Positions 1-14,952 of a stretch of 64,000 nucleotides of DNA are shown in pieces (position 1 is the stretch's first letter; the number at the start of each line of letters is the position of its first letter). The stretch spans positions 107,508,001 to 107,572,000 of the forward strand of contig OX597822.1 in NCBI GenBank assembly GCA_951406725.2, written 5' to 3'. Source of the stretch: Octopus vulgaris. Taxonomy: Eukaryota. The notes under the pieces were generated by a model. It was given only the letters and a program-made list of their open reading frames with translations, was not told the DNA's origin and searched no databases. Made by a program: the position numbers and the translations under genes.

Positions 1-1882
1 ATATATATATATATATATGTCCACGCATATATATTGATACGAACTCCCACACGTATATATTGATACATACACACGCACATATCCACACACACACAAACAC
101 ACACACTCACACACATACACACTCTCTCTCTCACACACTCATATTAATAATAACATAGCGAAGGTAAAATAGGAAGTAAGAAAAAATACTTTCGCGTAAT
201 TGAAATATTAAGGAATCTTTAAAAGTATTCCTCGGAAGAATACCGCTTTTTGGAAAATAGCAAATTTAATTTGAACAAGTTCTGAGTTAAAACTCTCAAA
301 TACGACTGGATAAAGAAATTCTAGGGATTTCGAAATATAATCAAAAGAAAATATCATGGAAAATGTATTTTCTTTTAAAATTTCGAATCTTGTGTGTTGA
401 AAAAGAAAAAAAAAATGAAAGCTACTTGGGAATAAAATTCTAAAATATGAATAGATAACCAAATTCAACGAATGTTTTAAAGATTTAAAAGTTAAATTTT
501 TGATGAAGTGCAAACTCAAATATTTATCATAATTAATAGGCGGGAATACAATGGAATATGTAAGTATGGTGAACAAGTGTTTTCAGGTCCTTCAAATGAT
601 TATTGATGAAACACAAATGTTGGTAGCGTACGGTCACTTACTTAACGGGATATTATCGAACTTTAAAAATAGTCACTATCAAGACTGTTTTATATTTTGG
701 GTAATTCCAGGAGAGGCTCTAAAGGAAATAAAATTTTCAAAGTATGATGTTTTTAAGTTCAAATTAGAGAGAGCGTTTAATGTCTAAGATTGTATTTAGT
801 TGCCGATTTGTAAACTTTCTGTTACTTTTTTTTCTGCAGAGTAATTATAATCAGCTAGTTGGTATAATGCCTACGGCTCGGGAATTTAAAAATTGGTTCA
901 CTTGACACACACACACACACACGCGCGCGCACACACATACACACAAACACACACACACACACACAAAACACACACTCTCACGCACACACATATATAGTTG
1001 AATAACATGTGGGTAAAAACTTTGTGATATGCTATACAAAGCTCTTCGATAGCTATTGGCTACCTAATGTCCCCATACAGTAGAAATTCTCTTGTCACAG
1101 GATATATATATATTTATATATATTTATTTATATGGGGAAGTCTGAATTAGGAGCCAATAGGAGTTGAATAGTGGGGATAGATTTAGCTATGATAATTCTT
1201 CGCTGTCACAACTGTTGGATTTATCATGTTTATACGGTTATTGAGATATTCGATGTGTTTTTGGCAATGTTAGATATAACTATTGACTTTAATTTATATA
1301 TATGGACTATATACGAATCCGTTATTAACATGTATTTTTAAGTATTTTGGTTGAGACTGTCTCCTATTAATACGTAGGATGACATGAAACATTAATATGA
1401 TCTTTAAAGCAATGTTACTGCTGTAAATTGATATTAGTTTTGTTTCAATGATCAAAAGCTTAAAAGTTTGACTTTTATTATTAATTATTGCAGATAGATT
1501 TAGGCTTTGGAATAGTCGAAAAGACAAGGAGATACAGGAAGTCAGGGCGGACGGAAAGTGAAAATAAAAAAGTGGGAAATAAAATGTAGAATGCTTGTAT
1601 ATGTGTATATATAGATTTGAATATATTACATATATACACCCACGTATTAAAGTATGCATATATGTATTATCTATACGTACATGCATACATCAGCACACCC
1701 AGAGCTCGCCTCTGTATATGCATATACATATGTATAAGATAGACATGTATGAATACAAATACACACACATATACACGCAGATGCACAAACTAATGTTTGT
1801 ATGTATATGTACATATATATATATGTGTGTGTGTGTATGTATCTATATAGATATATACGTGGGTGTGTGTGTATATATATAT

Positions 1883-1922
<40 letters not shown>

Positions 1923-4184
1923 GCACGCACTCGTGCATGTACAAATACACACGTATTTGTTCATAAAAGACATCCAAACAGTTTGTCTGACAAATTATAG
2001 TCACAGTATATGGGCCTCTGGAGATATGATAGACTGTCCATGCCCAAATGTTCCACACAACGAGATCGAATGCCGAGACATATTCCTAAAACACCTGAAA
2101 TATCCAGTCAAGTATACAACCCCAATTGGATCAAATTAGCAACGTAGTTTCCATTAGAAAATAAATCTTGGATCCTTCATAATCAATTCTTAATGCTATT
2201 TGGGACGGAATAATAGTGTTTCCTCTGGTTACAACTTCCCAATACTTAGATGCGTAAAATAACCAAGAGAAATCAATACCATTATTATAGCATTAACTGA
2301 TATATGCAAGTAATTTAATGATTATTACAGATGTTTCGTTGTGACACATGACAGTAACTTATAATTGAAAAATTCCAATATATCCTTTTAAATCTCTTCG
2401 CTTGTTATTTTATATGAGTGTAATCCCCATGTATAAAGCGAAATTTTTCATGGCATGCAATTCTGAAAGGTGTCGGAATTATTGCTGTTATGAAGGTGTC
2501 AGGTTGCGGTCAACTTCCGCATAATTTAATCTTACAGTATTGAGACCTACTGAAACGAACCATGTTTTCAGAACTCTCTTATGGCCGCGGAGATGAAATA
2601 AGGTGTGATAGCGAAGCGTGTCAATGAAGTAGTTAATCTTTACCGAACATTAAATCAAACACAAACACGTTTATCATTAGGAACTGTCCATTACCAAAGG
2701 AATAGAAAACTTACATGAATATCAACAGTAACAGGAACCCTACAACATGAAAATTGGCTGGCGATATTGATACTCTCATACAGTGTAAATAGGAAACATT
2801 GCTCTCCCACAAGAAAAAAGGAAGCCGTTTAGTTTTAAATAAAATTTGCCAAGATATTAGCACCTATATGATTAGGTTTATTGAAGCATAACTAATAGAA
2901 ATATTTGAGTATAATTTGCTCATTAAATAATTTCCCTAGCGTCACAACAATTATAATACAGTCAGTTAAAATATCTTCTGTAATGTTTAAATAAGTCACT
3001 GTCCAGAACGACGGAGCCTGAGAACTGTTCGATTTTAGTGCGCACTGGGGTGGACACTACATGTACTAGTTACGGATTGGAGGCGATTTATATGAGTAGT
3101 CTCTCCACCGAAATATGAGGTCGAATGTCAGTGTTAGTATGCAACTTGAGAACGGTGTTGTCACCTTTATATTTAATGTCAAGTGTGGTATACTCTTGTG
3201 GCATTTACACTAGGAAGTCATGTATTCGCGAATTTTTATGTTCTTTTTTTGTAGTAAAATTCCATTTAATGAAAAAAAAATAATTGATGTCTCTCTAAAT
3301 TAAAAATTTGCCAGTTTGTTGGCCAGATTTGAGTACACCTAATTAAACCGATCCTCTCATGTTACTTGTAATTTCGAAACAACGTGGTCGTTGACTTCCT
3401 AATATTCAAACCAAATCTTTCTCTAACCAGTTGGGAAGGTGATGTGAGATAATATAATCTTAGATAAATTAAGCCTAGTAAAAGAGATAGTCATGTGTGG
3501 AACACCTCTGCTAATAGGTCTGCTTAATCACGACTATTCTGTTACTAAAAAAACTGCTACAATGATTGTTCCGTTCATCTACTCTTACACCAGAATAATT
3601 TAATCATCCTACGAGATCAACCCACAAATCTATTATACCAGATATAGGATATAACCGCTTTGTTGAGGATATCGCTGTAGCTTGTAACCTATATAGTAAC
3701 TACTCTAAGAATATTGCTAGTTTCCATTTTAAATAATTCTATGAAAAATTTTCTTGTTGCTTTTTAGCAGAAAGTCAACTCTGATGAGACACGCATGTAG
3801 CCTTGCATTTTTCAACTACGAATACTATTTCGTTTTGCTTTCCAGTTATATCCTTCTATAACAATGGTTACAGTATTCTCTTTTTTAACGCAATGTTATC
3901 AAGCAATGCCGAGTAGAATTATATTGTTGTCACGGAGAGTTCTGGGTCTTAAAATAAGAATTATCTTCTTGGACCCAGAAGGTAATTTGGTGAACCTGAA
4001 TGTAAACTGTGCCTTCAGACTTGTTTTTTCTCCGACAGGGAAAGGACAACCAGATCTTTTCAGACGTCCAGATGTTTTCCTGGGAGAGCCTCGACATTCA
4101 GTGCTAATAACAATTCCATGTATACATTATGTAAATATATATAAATAACATTACCATCAGAAACATTATCATCCTAATTACATT

Positions 4185-4447
4185 GCTATCCTCCTCCTTC
4201 TCCTCCTCCTTATGTTTCTTCTCTTCTCCTCATCTTTCCGTTTCTCCTAGTCCACCTTCATCTCCTCCATCTTCACCGCCTTCTCATCCTCATTTTCTCC
4301 TCCTCCTTCTTCTTCTCCTCTTCTTCCTTTTCTCCTCCTCCCTCTCCTTCTTCTTCTTCTCTTTCTACCCAGCCTGTTTGTCGTCGTTGTCCTCCACCAC
4401 CCCTCCTCATCGTCCTCCTCATAATCATCATTAATTATCATTATTAT
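4185..4447. repeat. Compound (CCT/CTT)n pyrimidine-rich trinucleotide tract
   Basis: Direct reading; it explains the low-complexity ORFs 4183..4434 and 4247..4441. Confidence 0.9.
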
Positions 4448-5379
4448 CGATGTGGTCGCTCGACTTGGTATCTTTTACCATGTTATATCTCCTTTCGTAA
4501 AAGAAGAACACATTGGGTAATGTGACCCTAGATGCACCATACCTGAAATAGAATGTCCATAGTTGGAATATATCTTCGATCATTACTTCTTAATACTAAG
4601 AGCTGATCCAAGATTAAAAAGCAACAGCATCATGACCGTTATATTGCAAAAATGTCCTTGAGAAGGCAACAAACATAGACCTTCTCTGAGTCAGTATAGC
4701 TGTCTAAAACTAGCAACCAAATACCCCACTAAATGTACGTTCAATCACTTTAAAAAGGGAATAAAATACAGAATAAAGTAAGCCCTTTGATGCAATGTGT
4801 TTGAATAAAACTCACGGTCACCTCAAAATCTATTTCTCTAGGCCTGCTCGATTATGGCTGGTCTCATAAGAACAAGATCTCATTTCTGCCAAAGAGCAGG
4901 TGACTCGGTGTCTCGACTTGCAAGATATGGCATATAAAAATTCTCCTATATGACTTCGAACAAATTCGAGAACAATGACAACTGCAACACAAAGTTTTAA
5001 TAGAAAGCAATTAAAAAGTGGAGCAACATTTTCGACATTATGTACAATGCAATTCTGGTTTCCTGTCTTCTCAGCAGAAAGAATGAATCTCTGATATATT
5101 TTACTTCGCAAACTACAATTTATAACAGAATTCATAAAAGTCTAGTCTGTGCAGAATAAGGAAAGAAACAGTAAAAATTATATAAAGTTATAAAAATATA
5201 CTTTATTTTAAGAATAATTTCTGGAGATGAATTCAGTTTTTGTCGCAATCACAGCTAACATTTGTAGCTTTTTATTCTTTAATTCTTTTACTGGTTACAG
5301 TCGTTGGTCACAGACATGTGTTGTGTGTTTGAGTGTGTTTTGTGTGTATATATAAGAAATTATTATTTTTCATATGAAT

Positions 5380-5593
5380 ATAAGTAGTTATATATAAATG
5401 TATACAAGTATATGTTTATATGTATGTATATGTATATATGTATGTATATATGTATATACATGTATAAATATATATTCATATACATATTCATATATATATG
5501 TACATATGTTTTTGTACATACGCATATATACGTGTCAGTGATACTATGTGATTGTATATGTGTATATTATTAAACAGGTATATGTAGGTATAT

Positions 5594-5637
<44 letters not shown>

Positions 5638-5649
5638 ACACACACACAC

Positions 5650-5697
<48 letters not shown>

Positions 5698-6206
5698 ATG
5701 TGTTTATGTGTGTGTAAATATACAAATACATATATGTATGAATCTCTCTCGCCTTCTCTTCTCTCTCTCTCTATATATATATATATACATATATATAATT
5801 ATATACATACACACATATGATTTACGTTGTATTTTGAACTCAGCTATCATACATATGTTCTTGTGTATCGTTGTGCATATATATATGTGTCCATCTCTAT
5901 ATACACATATACTAAGAAACTCAAGTACACCTGTTAACCATATATACGTATGCAAGGGTATAGGCGTAACTATGATTGTACGAGTTAGTCGGAAATACTC
6001 TTCGACAGCATTAATCGTCGTGAATAGTGTAATCAATACATAGTGTATGTTATATAACTTTCACTATCGCTATTGGACTTTCTCCCTCCCATGCGCAGCT
6101 GTACAATTTGTCTATCTCTTCCACTTCCCATTGTCTATATATCCAAAATCTCTGTATACACATACACACGCATATATATGTATGTATACATGGCTATATA
6201 CATATT

Positions 6207-6250
<44 letters not shown>

Positions 6251-7160
6251 TATATACATATAGATATATATATGTATATATATATATATGTATGTATGTA
6301 TATATATATATATATATGCATTACATACATACGTACAGTACATACATATAATTATGTACGTATGTCTATTCATTTATACACGCACTTATACGTGTTTCTC
6401 TGTATGTTTGTATATATGTGTGTGTGTGTCTGTGTGTATGTATGTACAAGCTTATGATTATATACCTATGTCGATATATATATACACGTATATCTTTCTA
6501 TTTAAACGTACACACACATGCGCAGGCCTACTCACACACGTACACAAATATACAAGTGTGTCTGTGTATGTATGTGTGTGTGATCTTCTGTATGTGTGTG
6601 TATGTATTGTATGTATGTGAGTGTGTGCGTGTATGTGTGTTTGCTTTCAGGCACCTAAATAAATAAATAATATATCAACATTATGAATCCGATTGTTATT
6701 ATAAGGAAAAAGAAATTTATGAAACGAGAACATTTTTTTTTTATCGGTTCTCTATTCAAAATTATAACAAGTGAAAGTAAGAAAGTAACGAAATTTAAAT
6801 ATTTTGAATAGCCGTAAACTATGGAACAACGATAAAAACGTGAAGTTAACAGAGAAATTTCTCCAACTCTTTGTGAATAAATAGCGAAACCTAAGTATTT
6901 CGTCACAGGGAATTGGGTGAAAAAAAATTCTAAAAGAAATTACTAAGAAAAGAATAAATAATGGAAGATATATAAATCAACACTTTAGTGAAGAAGCGGA
7001 TTTGGAATGAGAAGGTGAGGCTATGCTGAATACGGAGTAACATTTACTTTGGTACTGTTCAAGAATGGGAATTTCGCGTGACTAAAACCTGATAAAGAGA
7101 CGTACACATACAAGAAAAATTAAAATAGCCTGTGTATATATTAATATATATCTATATCTA

Positions 7161-7195
<35 letters not shown>

Positions 7196-7286
7196 GTATA
7201 TAAGTGTGTGTGTATGTGCGTGTGTGCATGCGTGCTTGTGGGTATATATATATGCATAAATTTATGTATATCGATATATCTATATC

Positions 7287-7321
<35 letters not shown>

Positions 7322-7568
7322 GAGTGTATACATATATAGACGCGTTTGTATATATATATATATATTTTTATATATGTAGAGCTTTATATAATTAACTATC
7401 TATATACTTAGCTGAACATATACGCACATAAAAGCACGTACATATACACCCAGAGAGAGACACGCAAACATATACATAGACAAATTCAACGTGATATTAT
7501 GGGAGAAATATTTGAATAGAAACATGAATGTAATGCATATTCCTTCGAATCCTTTGTTCAGTTACATA

Positions 7569-7658
<90 letters not shown>

Positions 7659-7671
7659 ATATGTATGTATC

Positions 7672-7716
<45 letters not shown>

Positions 7717-7940
7717 GTATATTTATATATATATGTATATGTATATGTACATGTGTATATATATATATAAATATATGTATGAATATATGTTTTTGTATTC
7801 GTATAGATATGTAGATATGCTTATTTATATAAATTGTCATACAATATAGATAAGCTTGTTAAATGCATGCAAACATTTATTTTGTGTATATATATATATA
7901 TGTATATATTTATATATATATATAAATATAGATATATGTA
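5380..7940. repeat. Cluster of (TA)n/(CA)n/(TATG)n microsatellites (representative of dozens of similar tracts across the window)
   Basis: Direct reading; source of the [12 protein letters not shown] ORFs. Confidence 0.95.
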
Positions 7941-8769
7941 AAATCATGTTTCATTACCTTAGATACGCAATTCACAAAAATAAAATGTATACAAAAACCC
8001 CAACAAAAAAACGCAATAAAACATATACTTACGTTATTCTTACCCTGGGAAATATGTTATATATAGAGTGATCTGTTGTAAATTCAGAGATATTGATTTT
8101 AATGTTGTAGATTTATTAGATTGCTGTGGCTGAATCTGCCATGTCCCCGATCTTCGCTGCTCCTGCAATATTACCGAATTCTTTCTACCGAATGCTCTCA
8201 TTAAACCGTAGTCGGTTTTAATAGCAGGGAAACTATTCAGTAATGATGGAATTCCAGAGGAATCCCTCTGTTAATTACTGGTTGAAATGGCTAGTGTTTG
8301 GCCGGGCCATGATAAAATGAGGCTCACAAACGTGGTTTGAATTTGAAAGTGTAGAAGAACAGCTCGTTACCAGAAAGAAAAAAAAAGTCTGCATATGTGG
8401 TCGGCTGGGAGGCGTCAACATGCTCGCTGGCCTAATGCTACAGGTCGATGTGTTAAAGTCTACGTATCTCTTAGGAATAGCATGGGAGAAAGTCCTTTAC
8501 GTATTAATCAAATAATAAATTTGTGAGGACCACAGAAAAAGCGCCAAACGACTCATTTAATCCTCTACTAAAAAGAACCTCGAATGTACAGTTTAATTAA
8601 TTTCAGTTCTCTAACACTATTCGTAGCTTTTACAATGACAGGATTTCCTCATCGCCGGTAAAAGAGATGCTAATCATGAATTTCAGAAAGAAAATTAATA
8701 CCTTTCATCCCACTGTACTTTATTAAGCATCTACTTAGACCGCCGGCAGAGGAAGGAGAAACGTTAGAG

Positions 8770-9130
8770 CTAAACTGGTACTTATTTTATTGACACCGAA
8801 AAATGATCGGATTGTTGACTTTGGCAGCATTTGAACTCATAACATAAAGCTAGGAGACAAACCGCAAATAGATTTGTCACCCGAGTTAACGATTCTGCTG
8901 ATTCACTACTTTAATAATAACCCTTTCTATTATAATCAACAGGCCTGACATTTTGGAGGGAGACGACTACTCAATAACATCCACCCCATTGTTTGATGTA
9001 TTCATCGACCCCAAAAGGATGAAAAGTAATGTAGACCTCGCCAAATGAAAGAATTTAGAGCGTAAGCTCTGCTTACAGCTCATTGCGCATTTTGTTTAGT
9101 TGGCTAACATTTCTGTCAGTTAACCGCTTT
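8770..9130 (-). mobile_element. Two decayed copies of SINE family C
   Basis: Reverse-complement remnants of family C motifs (atttgaactcat, gttaacgattctgctg, tcgaccccaaaaggatgaaaag). Confidence 0.55.
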
Positions 9131-9543
9131 TGGTGGCAAGGCATTTCTTCAGACTCTGTGACCGTGGTTCAACTACCTATGAAAAAAATGCGAATTTCAT
9201 ACGTGGAATTTCATATTTAATTAGAAAACTTTCTTCTTTTCTGGAAAGCGAAATCGGAAAAATAGTGGCAATGCAGACAGTCCACACTGAAAAGATGAAA
9301 TTATATCAGAGAATCATGAATAAATCTCTCAAAATTAATTCACACAGTTATATGAAAGTCTTGTCTTTGTATGCATTCATGAGAGTATGGTCATGTTTCA
9401 GTATATTATTTCTCATGAATAAATCTGTATCCTATACTCTTACATACTTCATCAGTTACAAGCGGTTTACATATAAAATTTGACTCACTGAAAGTTTTGG
9501 TCCACTATAGTCTTATAATGACAAAGTAAAAATGAAAAGAGAG

Positions 9544-9772
9544 AAGGCGGCAAGCTGGCAGAAACGTTAGCAGGCCGGGCGAAATGCGTAGCCGTATTTC
9601 GTCTGTTACGTTGTGAGTTCAAATTCCGCTGAGGTCGACTTTGCCTTTCATCCTTTCGGGGTCGATAAATAAAGTACCAGTTACGCACTGGGGTTGATGT
9701 AATTGACTTAATCCGTTTGTCTGTCCTTGTTTGTCCCCTCTATGTTTAGCCCCTTGTGGGCAATAAAAAAAA
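9544..9772 (+). mobile_element. tRNA-derived SINE family C (AAGGCGGCGAGCTGGCAGAA head; GTCGACTTTGCCTTTCATCCTTTCGGGGTCGA central domain)
   Basis: B-box-like GAGTTCAAATTCC; near-identical to copies at 15598, 46658 and 52315; A-rich tail. Confidence 0.85.
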
Positions 9773-9828
9773 ATAGATATATAGATATATATATATATGC
9801 ATGTGTGTGTGTGTGTGTGTGAGTGTGC

Positions 9829-10205
9829 GTAGTTTTGTGGTAAGAATTTTGCTTTGCGACCACGTGATTTCGGATTCATTCTCACTGCATGACACTTTGG
9901 GTAGCTGTCGCCCAGTCGCCCACTCTTCTTCTATATTCTGGGTCCTACCAAAACTTTGTGAGTGGATGTAGTTCACCAAAACTGAAAGAAGACCGTTGAC
10001 TCTCTTTCTCTCTGTCTCTATCTATTTTTGTGTTTGTGCGTGTATCTTTGTGTTTGCATGTGTCCCTCACCACGGTTCACAAAATGGAATTTACGTTCCA
10101 GTTACCCAACTGTTTGTCAAATGATTTTCATACGTATTACGACTACCAGGTTTAAAAATAGAAGCGTTAGGGTCGATTTGTACGACTAAGAGTTTTCAAG
10201 GCCCC
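9829..10205 (+). mobile_element. Old, diverged copy of SINE family A
   Basis: Colinear remnants of family A (gtggtaag..., tgtgagtggat...aaactgaaagaag, gggtcgatttg). Confidence 0.6.
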
Positions 10206-10434
10206 AATCAAGTATGGTCACATAGCAGAAACAGGGACAACTGAAGACGGGGAATATTCCTTGTGTTGTATGTCTTGTACTCTGTTTTTTCGTTGTTCGA
10301 AAAAAAAAGTCCGTTTCCATGTTTTTGTTTTTATGTTTTCGCTTCTCATTGTAATCAACAATTTTTTTTGTGTCCTGTACCTATATATGCATGTATATAT
10401 ACATATAGATTTAGGTACGTACATATATGTATGT

Positions 10435-10739
10435 GTGGAGGCGCAATGGCCCAGTGGTTAGGGCAGCGGACTCGCGGTCGCAGGATCCCGGTTTCGATTC
10501 CCAGACCGGGCGGTGTGTGTGTTTATTGAGCGAAAACACTTAAAAGCTCCACGAGGCTCCGGCAGGGGGTGGTGATCCCTGCTGTACTCTTTCACCACTC
10601 TTTCTCCCACTCTTTCTTCTGTTGGCCTGCTCGCTTAGCCAGCGGGGTGGCATCATTCGAAGGCTAAAACAATGCGAACGCATTGTGACCAGCGATGTGT
10701 AACAACATCTGATGGTCTGGTCGGTCACGTGATCACGTG
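10435..10739 (+). mobile_element. tRNA-derived SINE family B, tail type 1 (OR-like octopus SINE)
   Basis: A box TGGCCCAGTGG, B box GGTTTCGATTCC; 12-bp TSD ATATATGTATGT at 10423-10434 and 10740-10751. Confidence 0.9.
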
Positions 10740-11158
10740 ATATATGTATGTATACATGCATATGTTTAGATATTTTTTGTTATATATATATAATAACAAT
10801 TTAACAAATAAAACATATGCATACATACATTCATATATGTACATACCTACATCTATATGTATATATACATGCATATATGAGTACAGGACACCACAAATAA
10901 ACATGCGTGTATATATACATATAGATGTAGGTATGTATGCATATGTTTTATTTATGAAATTGTTATTATATGATCGAACGCACGCGTCGTTGTCTTCTTC
11001 CAAGTAAGTTTTATATATATATATATACGCACCCACAGATATATGCTTGAGTGTACATGTAAGCGGTACATGTATGCGGTGTGTTCATATATTCAGTAAA
11101 GATTGTGTGTTTTGGGATTCACATTTATGTTGAGTAAATCCCTGTGAAATATTTTCCT

Positions 11159-11208
<50 letters not shown>

Positions 11209-11675
11209 ACACACACACACACACGCACACGCACACACTTGTTTACGTATGTATACATCGTAAACATTTATTTTTTTATCACGTACGATGAAAATAAATT
11301 CAAATGTTAATAAAGATAAATGGAATTCTAGCTAACTCTCTCAGAAGCACTATATAGCAACCCAATATTAAATTAATTCTGAACCCATACCAAGAGTTGT
11401 CCGGAAAATGAAAATAAGAAAGAACATCAACAAGAACAGCAACATCAAGAACAACAAGAAACATCTCAAAGATTATATATCAATGTATGCAAAAAAAACC
11501 GCCCAGAAATAAACAAGTGAAAATTGATTTTAAAAATCAAAACAATCTCCTTAAACATTTTCTAGGAAAAGAAAGAGATTAGACGTACTTAAATGTAAGA
11601 TGAAATCGCATATATCTTCTGGTGTCCGGCTTAATATTGGAATCGTATGAGCGAATTGTCGTGTTGGTACTGTTG

Positions 11676-12175
11676 CTATTATTATTATTATTATTATGAT
11701 GATGATGATGATGATGATAATGATGATGATGATGATGTTGTTGTCGTCATCGTCGTCGTCATCATCATCATCATCATTATCATCGTCGTCGTCACTACCA
11801 CCACCACCACCACCACCTCCACCACGACCACCAGCTCCACCACGACCACGACCACGACCACGACCACCTCCACCACCACCACCACCACCTCCACCACCAC
11901 CACCAACTCCACCACCCACCATCACCACCACCACCACCACCGCTATCATCTTCACCATCATCATCATCATCATCATCATCATCACCATCATCACCACTAT
12001 TCACATCATCACCGCCACCATCACCATCATCATCAAAATCATCATATCATCATCATCATCATTATCGTCGTTGGCGTCACCACCACCACTTTGATCATCA
12101 TCATCCTCATCCTCATCATCACCGCCACCACCATCATCGTCGTCGTCATCATCATCATCATCATCTTCATTATTT
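11676..12175. repeat. Compound trinucleotide microsatellite (TAT/GAT/CAT/CAC/CGT)
   Basis: Direct reading; gives poly-D/T/H/P/G pseudo-ORFs in all frames. Confidence 0.95.
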
Positions 12176-13689
12176 TTATTATCGATATATTTTGTTGTTT
12201 TACTCATTTATTATTGTTTATGCCTTTTATATGGACATGGATGCAGTTGTCGGTGCGTACATATTTAAATTGTATTTCTGAGAATGTAATTGTATTGCTT
12301 TTGTCTCATGATAGGCTTTAATTTTGTTTATATTTCTTGTCTTCTTTAAGTTGTGTATACGTGTTTCGGTTAATTCTGCAGATCAATATATACTATTAAT
12401 CAATGCATTAAGTATGCTTCTTACGTGTCGAAAGCTTTATTTTCATTTTCTTCTCACCGACACTCTTCACCAGCAAATGTTGCAGTGTGGTACTCTAGGC
12501 CAAATACAAACTTCCAATGTACAGCTAATCCCCAATTTACGATAGAGAAGAAGCCAGAAGTAAGATGACAAAAGAAATAGCAAGATTTCATTCGTATCCT
12601 TAACTGTCTTAATCCTCAGATAATTGAAGATTTCAGGTTTGTTTAATAAAGACTTACAATGGCGTCGACTCTCTAGCGATCGCAACTCGATTGTCATCTG
12701 ACAGTCAATAAATAGACTATAAAAACCAAAACGCAGTCACGGTGTATGTAGCTAAAGGTCGGCTTATAATCTCTTTCGTCAGTTAGAGAGAATATACTTG
12801 TGCTTACAGTAATATGTAAGCCACACTATTTCCCCTGCTCTCTTTTAATAACAACCATCCCTCAGCACACACAACGCATACGAAAACCATCGGATCACAC
12901 GCATTAGTAATGAAACATATAGTTACGAATGTACGAATGTGTCTAGAAATCCATATATACAGAGGAAAAACAAGCAGCTTTATTTCTACTAATAAGTAAA
13001 AATCACTTACACCCATTTACATATGAAAAGAGCACGAATTAATAGATATACGATAGTAATCTAGGAAAACTAATATTTTTCTTAATATTTTCTCAACTCT
13101 CAATCGGAGTTGTGTTGGAAATATTTTTTTTAGTGTCGTTTTTAGAAATATGGCGTCTACATCTGAATTAAATAACAGATTGATACAATGTATCTTGTGG
13201 GACGATAGTCACGTTTCAACGATCCTTCCTGCATTGGAAATAATACGATATTGATTCTGAGTTCAGGGTTCATTAAAGATCGGTTGTATTTCTCTACCTC
13301 TGTTATTATATGGAAATCGACAAAAAGAAATCCAAAAATATCGTTGATAATTAACGGATTCTCATTTCGGCTTAACTACTAAATACCATCAATGGTATTT
13401 GGCTTCTCTTTCATCAAACGAAACACGGCATGCAATTTAGTATTCATAAAATATTGCTAAATTCTCTAAGTGTATAGTTGTGGTAAAATATTCACGTTGT
13501 AGTTGAGGTATATGAACATACTTAACATGGCGGAGATCGTTGTAAGCAGCCATTATTAAGAAACGAACAATAAATTTTAGCAAAATGATTGACGGTATAG
13601 AATATGAAGCGGAAGTTAGCTTTATACAACCAAAGAGATATACAAATAAAGAAATATAATGTGGCAGAGTAAAAAGTAGTCATGGATTA

Positions 13690-14107
13690 TACTCTTTACT
13701 CTCTTTTACTCTTTTACTTGTTTCAGTCATTTGACTGCGGCCATGCTGGAGCACCGCCTTTAGTCGAGCAAATCGACTCCAGGACTTATTCTTTGTAAGC
13801 CTAGTACTTATACTATCAGTATCATTTGCCGAACTGCTAAGTTACGGGGGACATACACACACCAGCATCGGTTGTCAAGCGATGTTGGGGGGGACAAACA
13901 TAGACACACAAACACACACACACATATATCCATATACATATATACATCGGGCTTCTTTTCAGTTTCCGTCTGCCAAATCCACTTACAATGCTTTAGTCGG
14001 CCCGAGGCTATAGTAGAAGACACTTGCCCAAGATGCCACGCAGTGGGACTGAACCCGGAACCAAGTGATTGGTAAGCAAGCTTCTTACCACACAACCACT
14101 CCTACCC
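13690..14107 (-). mobile_element. tRNA-derived SINE family A (internal TA/CA microsatellite, (AAAAGAGT)n tail)
   Basis: High identity to the copies at 24657, 25792, 32007 and 43835; head has GGTTCAGTCCC B-box. Confidence 0.9.
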
Positions 14108-14838
14108 CGATTATGTTGATTTTTAATTGTTACTGTACTGCAATATCCGAGGCAAAATTACAGAGTAAATTTATCCAGTTACTTCTAATGATAAGAAAAG
14201 AGACTCAGATGTTGTAAAAAGTAACTGATCTTACAATGTATTTCTGTACAGTTTTGGTCTTTATGCAGTTGGTTATAGCTCCTTAGATGTAATATTAAAC
14301 GGATAGATAAGATTTACAGTGGAAACTTACCGAAACGTATGAAACAAAGTATCAATTAAAACATAAAACACACTATATAATAAAGCATGAATGGTCATCA
14401 ACAAATTAAAGCAGACGATACTTTACGTGTAACAAAGAAAAGATATGAAGAGCATTACATGAAGGAATCTAAGGCGATAATCTTTTAATCAAGTGTAAAA
14501 GAATTCGAAGTTTTATGAAGTAAGACACGAAATTAAGAAATAGTAAGAAAAATTGCAGTATTATCTGAAACAGTGTGATACTTGCGTTAAATAAACTGAT
14601 ATCAGATGGTTGTATCTTTGCTATTGGGAATAACATAGTTAGATAAATAGATTGATACCTATAAAGGGAAACCACACACACATACACACACACACGCACA
14701 CACACACACACACACACACGCAAACACACAATTATACAAACATGTATTAAAGAGCGAATGTTTGATCTCCCGCCTTCCATTCCCTCTTATCCCTCTCTCT
14801 CCCTATCACTCTTCATACACACACACACACATACGCAT

Positions 14839-14878
<40 letters not shown>

Positions 14879-14899
14879 GTATATATATATATGTGTATA

Positions 14900-14952
<53 letters not shown>

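Noticed and set aside
3781-3800. CTGATGAG hammerhead-like half core
   Set aside because: No stem II, GAAA or stem I partner follows.
1294-8071. Numerous 60-140 aa ORFs rich in Y/I/H/T/V/C (also at 14.7-17.7, 20.6, 23, 54 and 55 kb)
   Set aside because: They are translations of stop-free dinucleotide microsatellites, open in several frames at once.
10228-10320. CTGAAGA...GAAA...GTC arrangement suggesting a hammerhead
   Set aside because: No convincing stem II or III; the GTC is itself paired with upstream GGAC, which does not fit the topology.
11551-12321. Poly-His/Thr/Pro/Gly ORFs up to 224 aa
   Set aside because: Compound trinucleotide repeat with no unique coding sequence or supported splice context.
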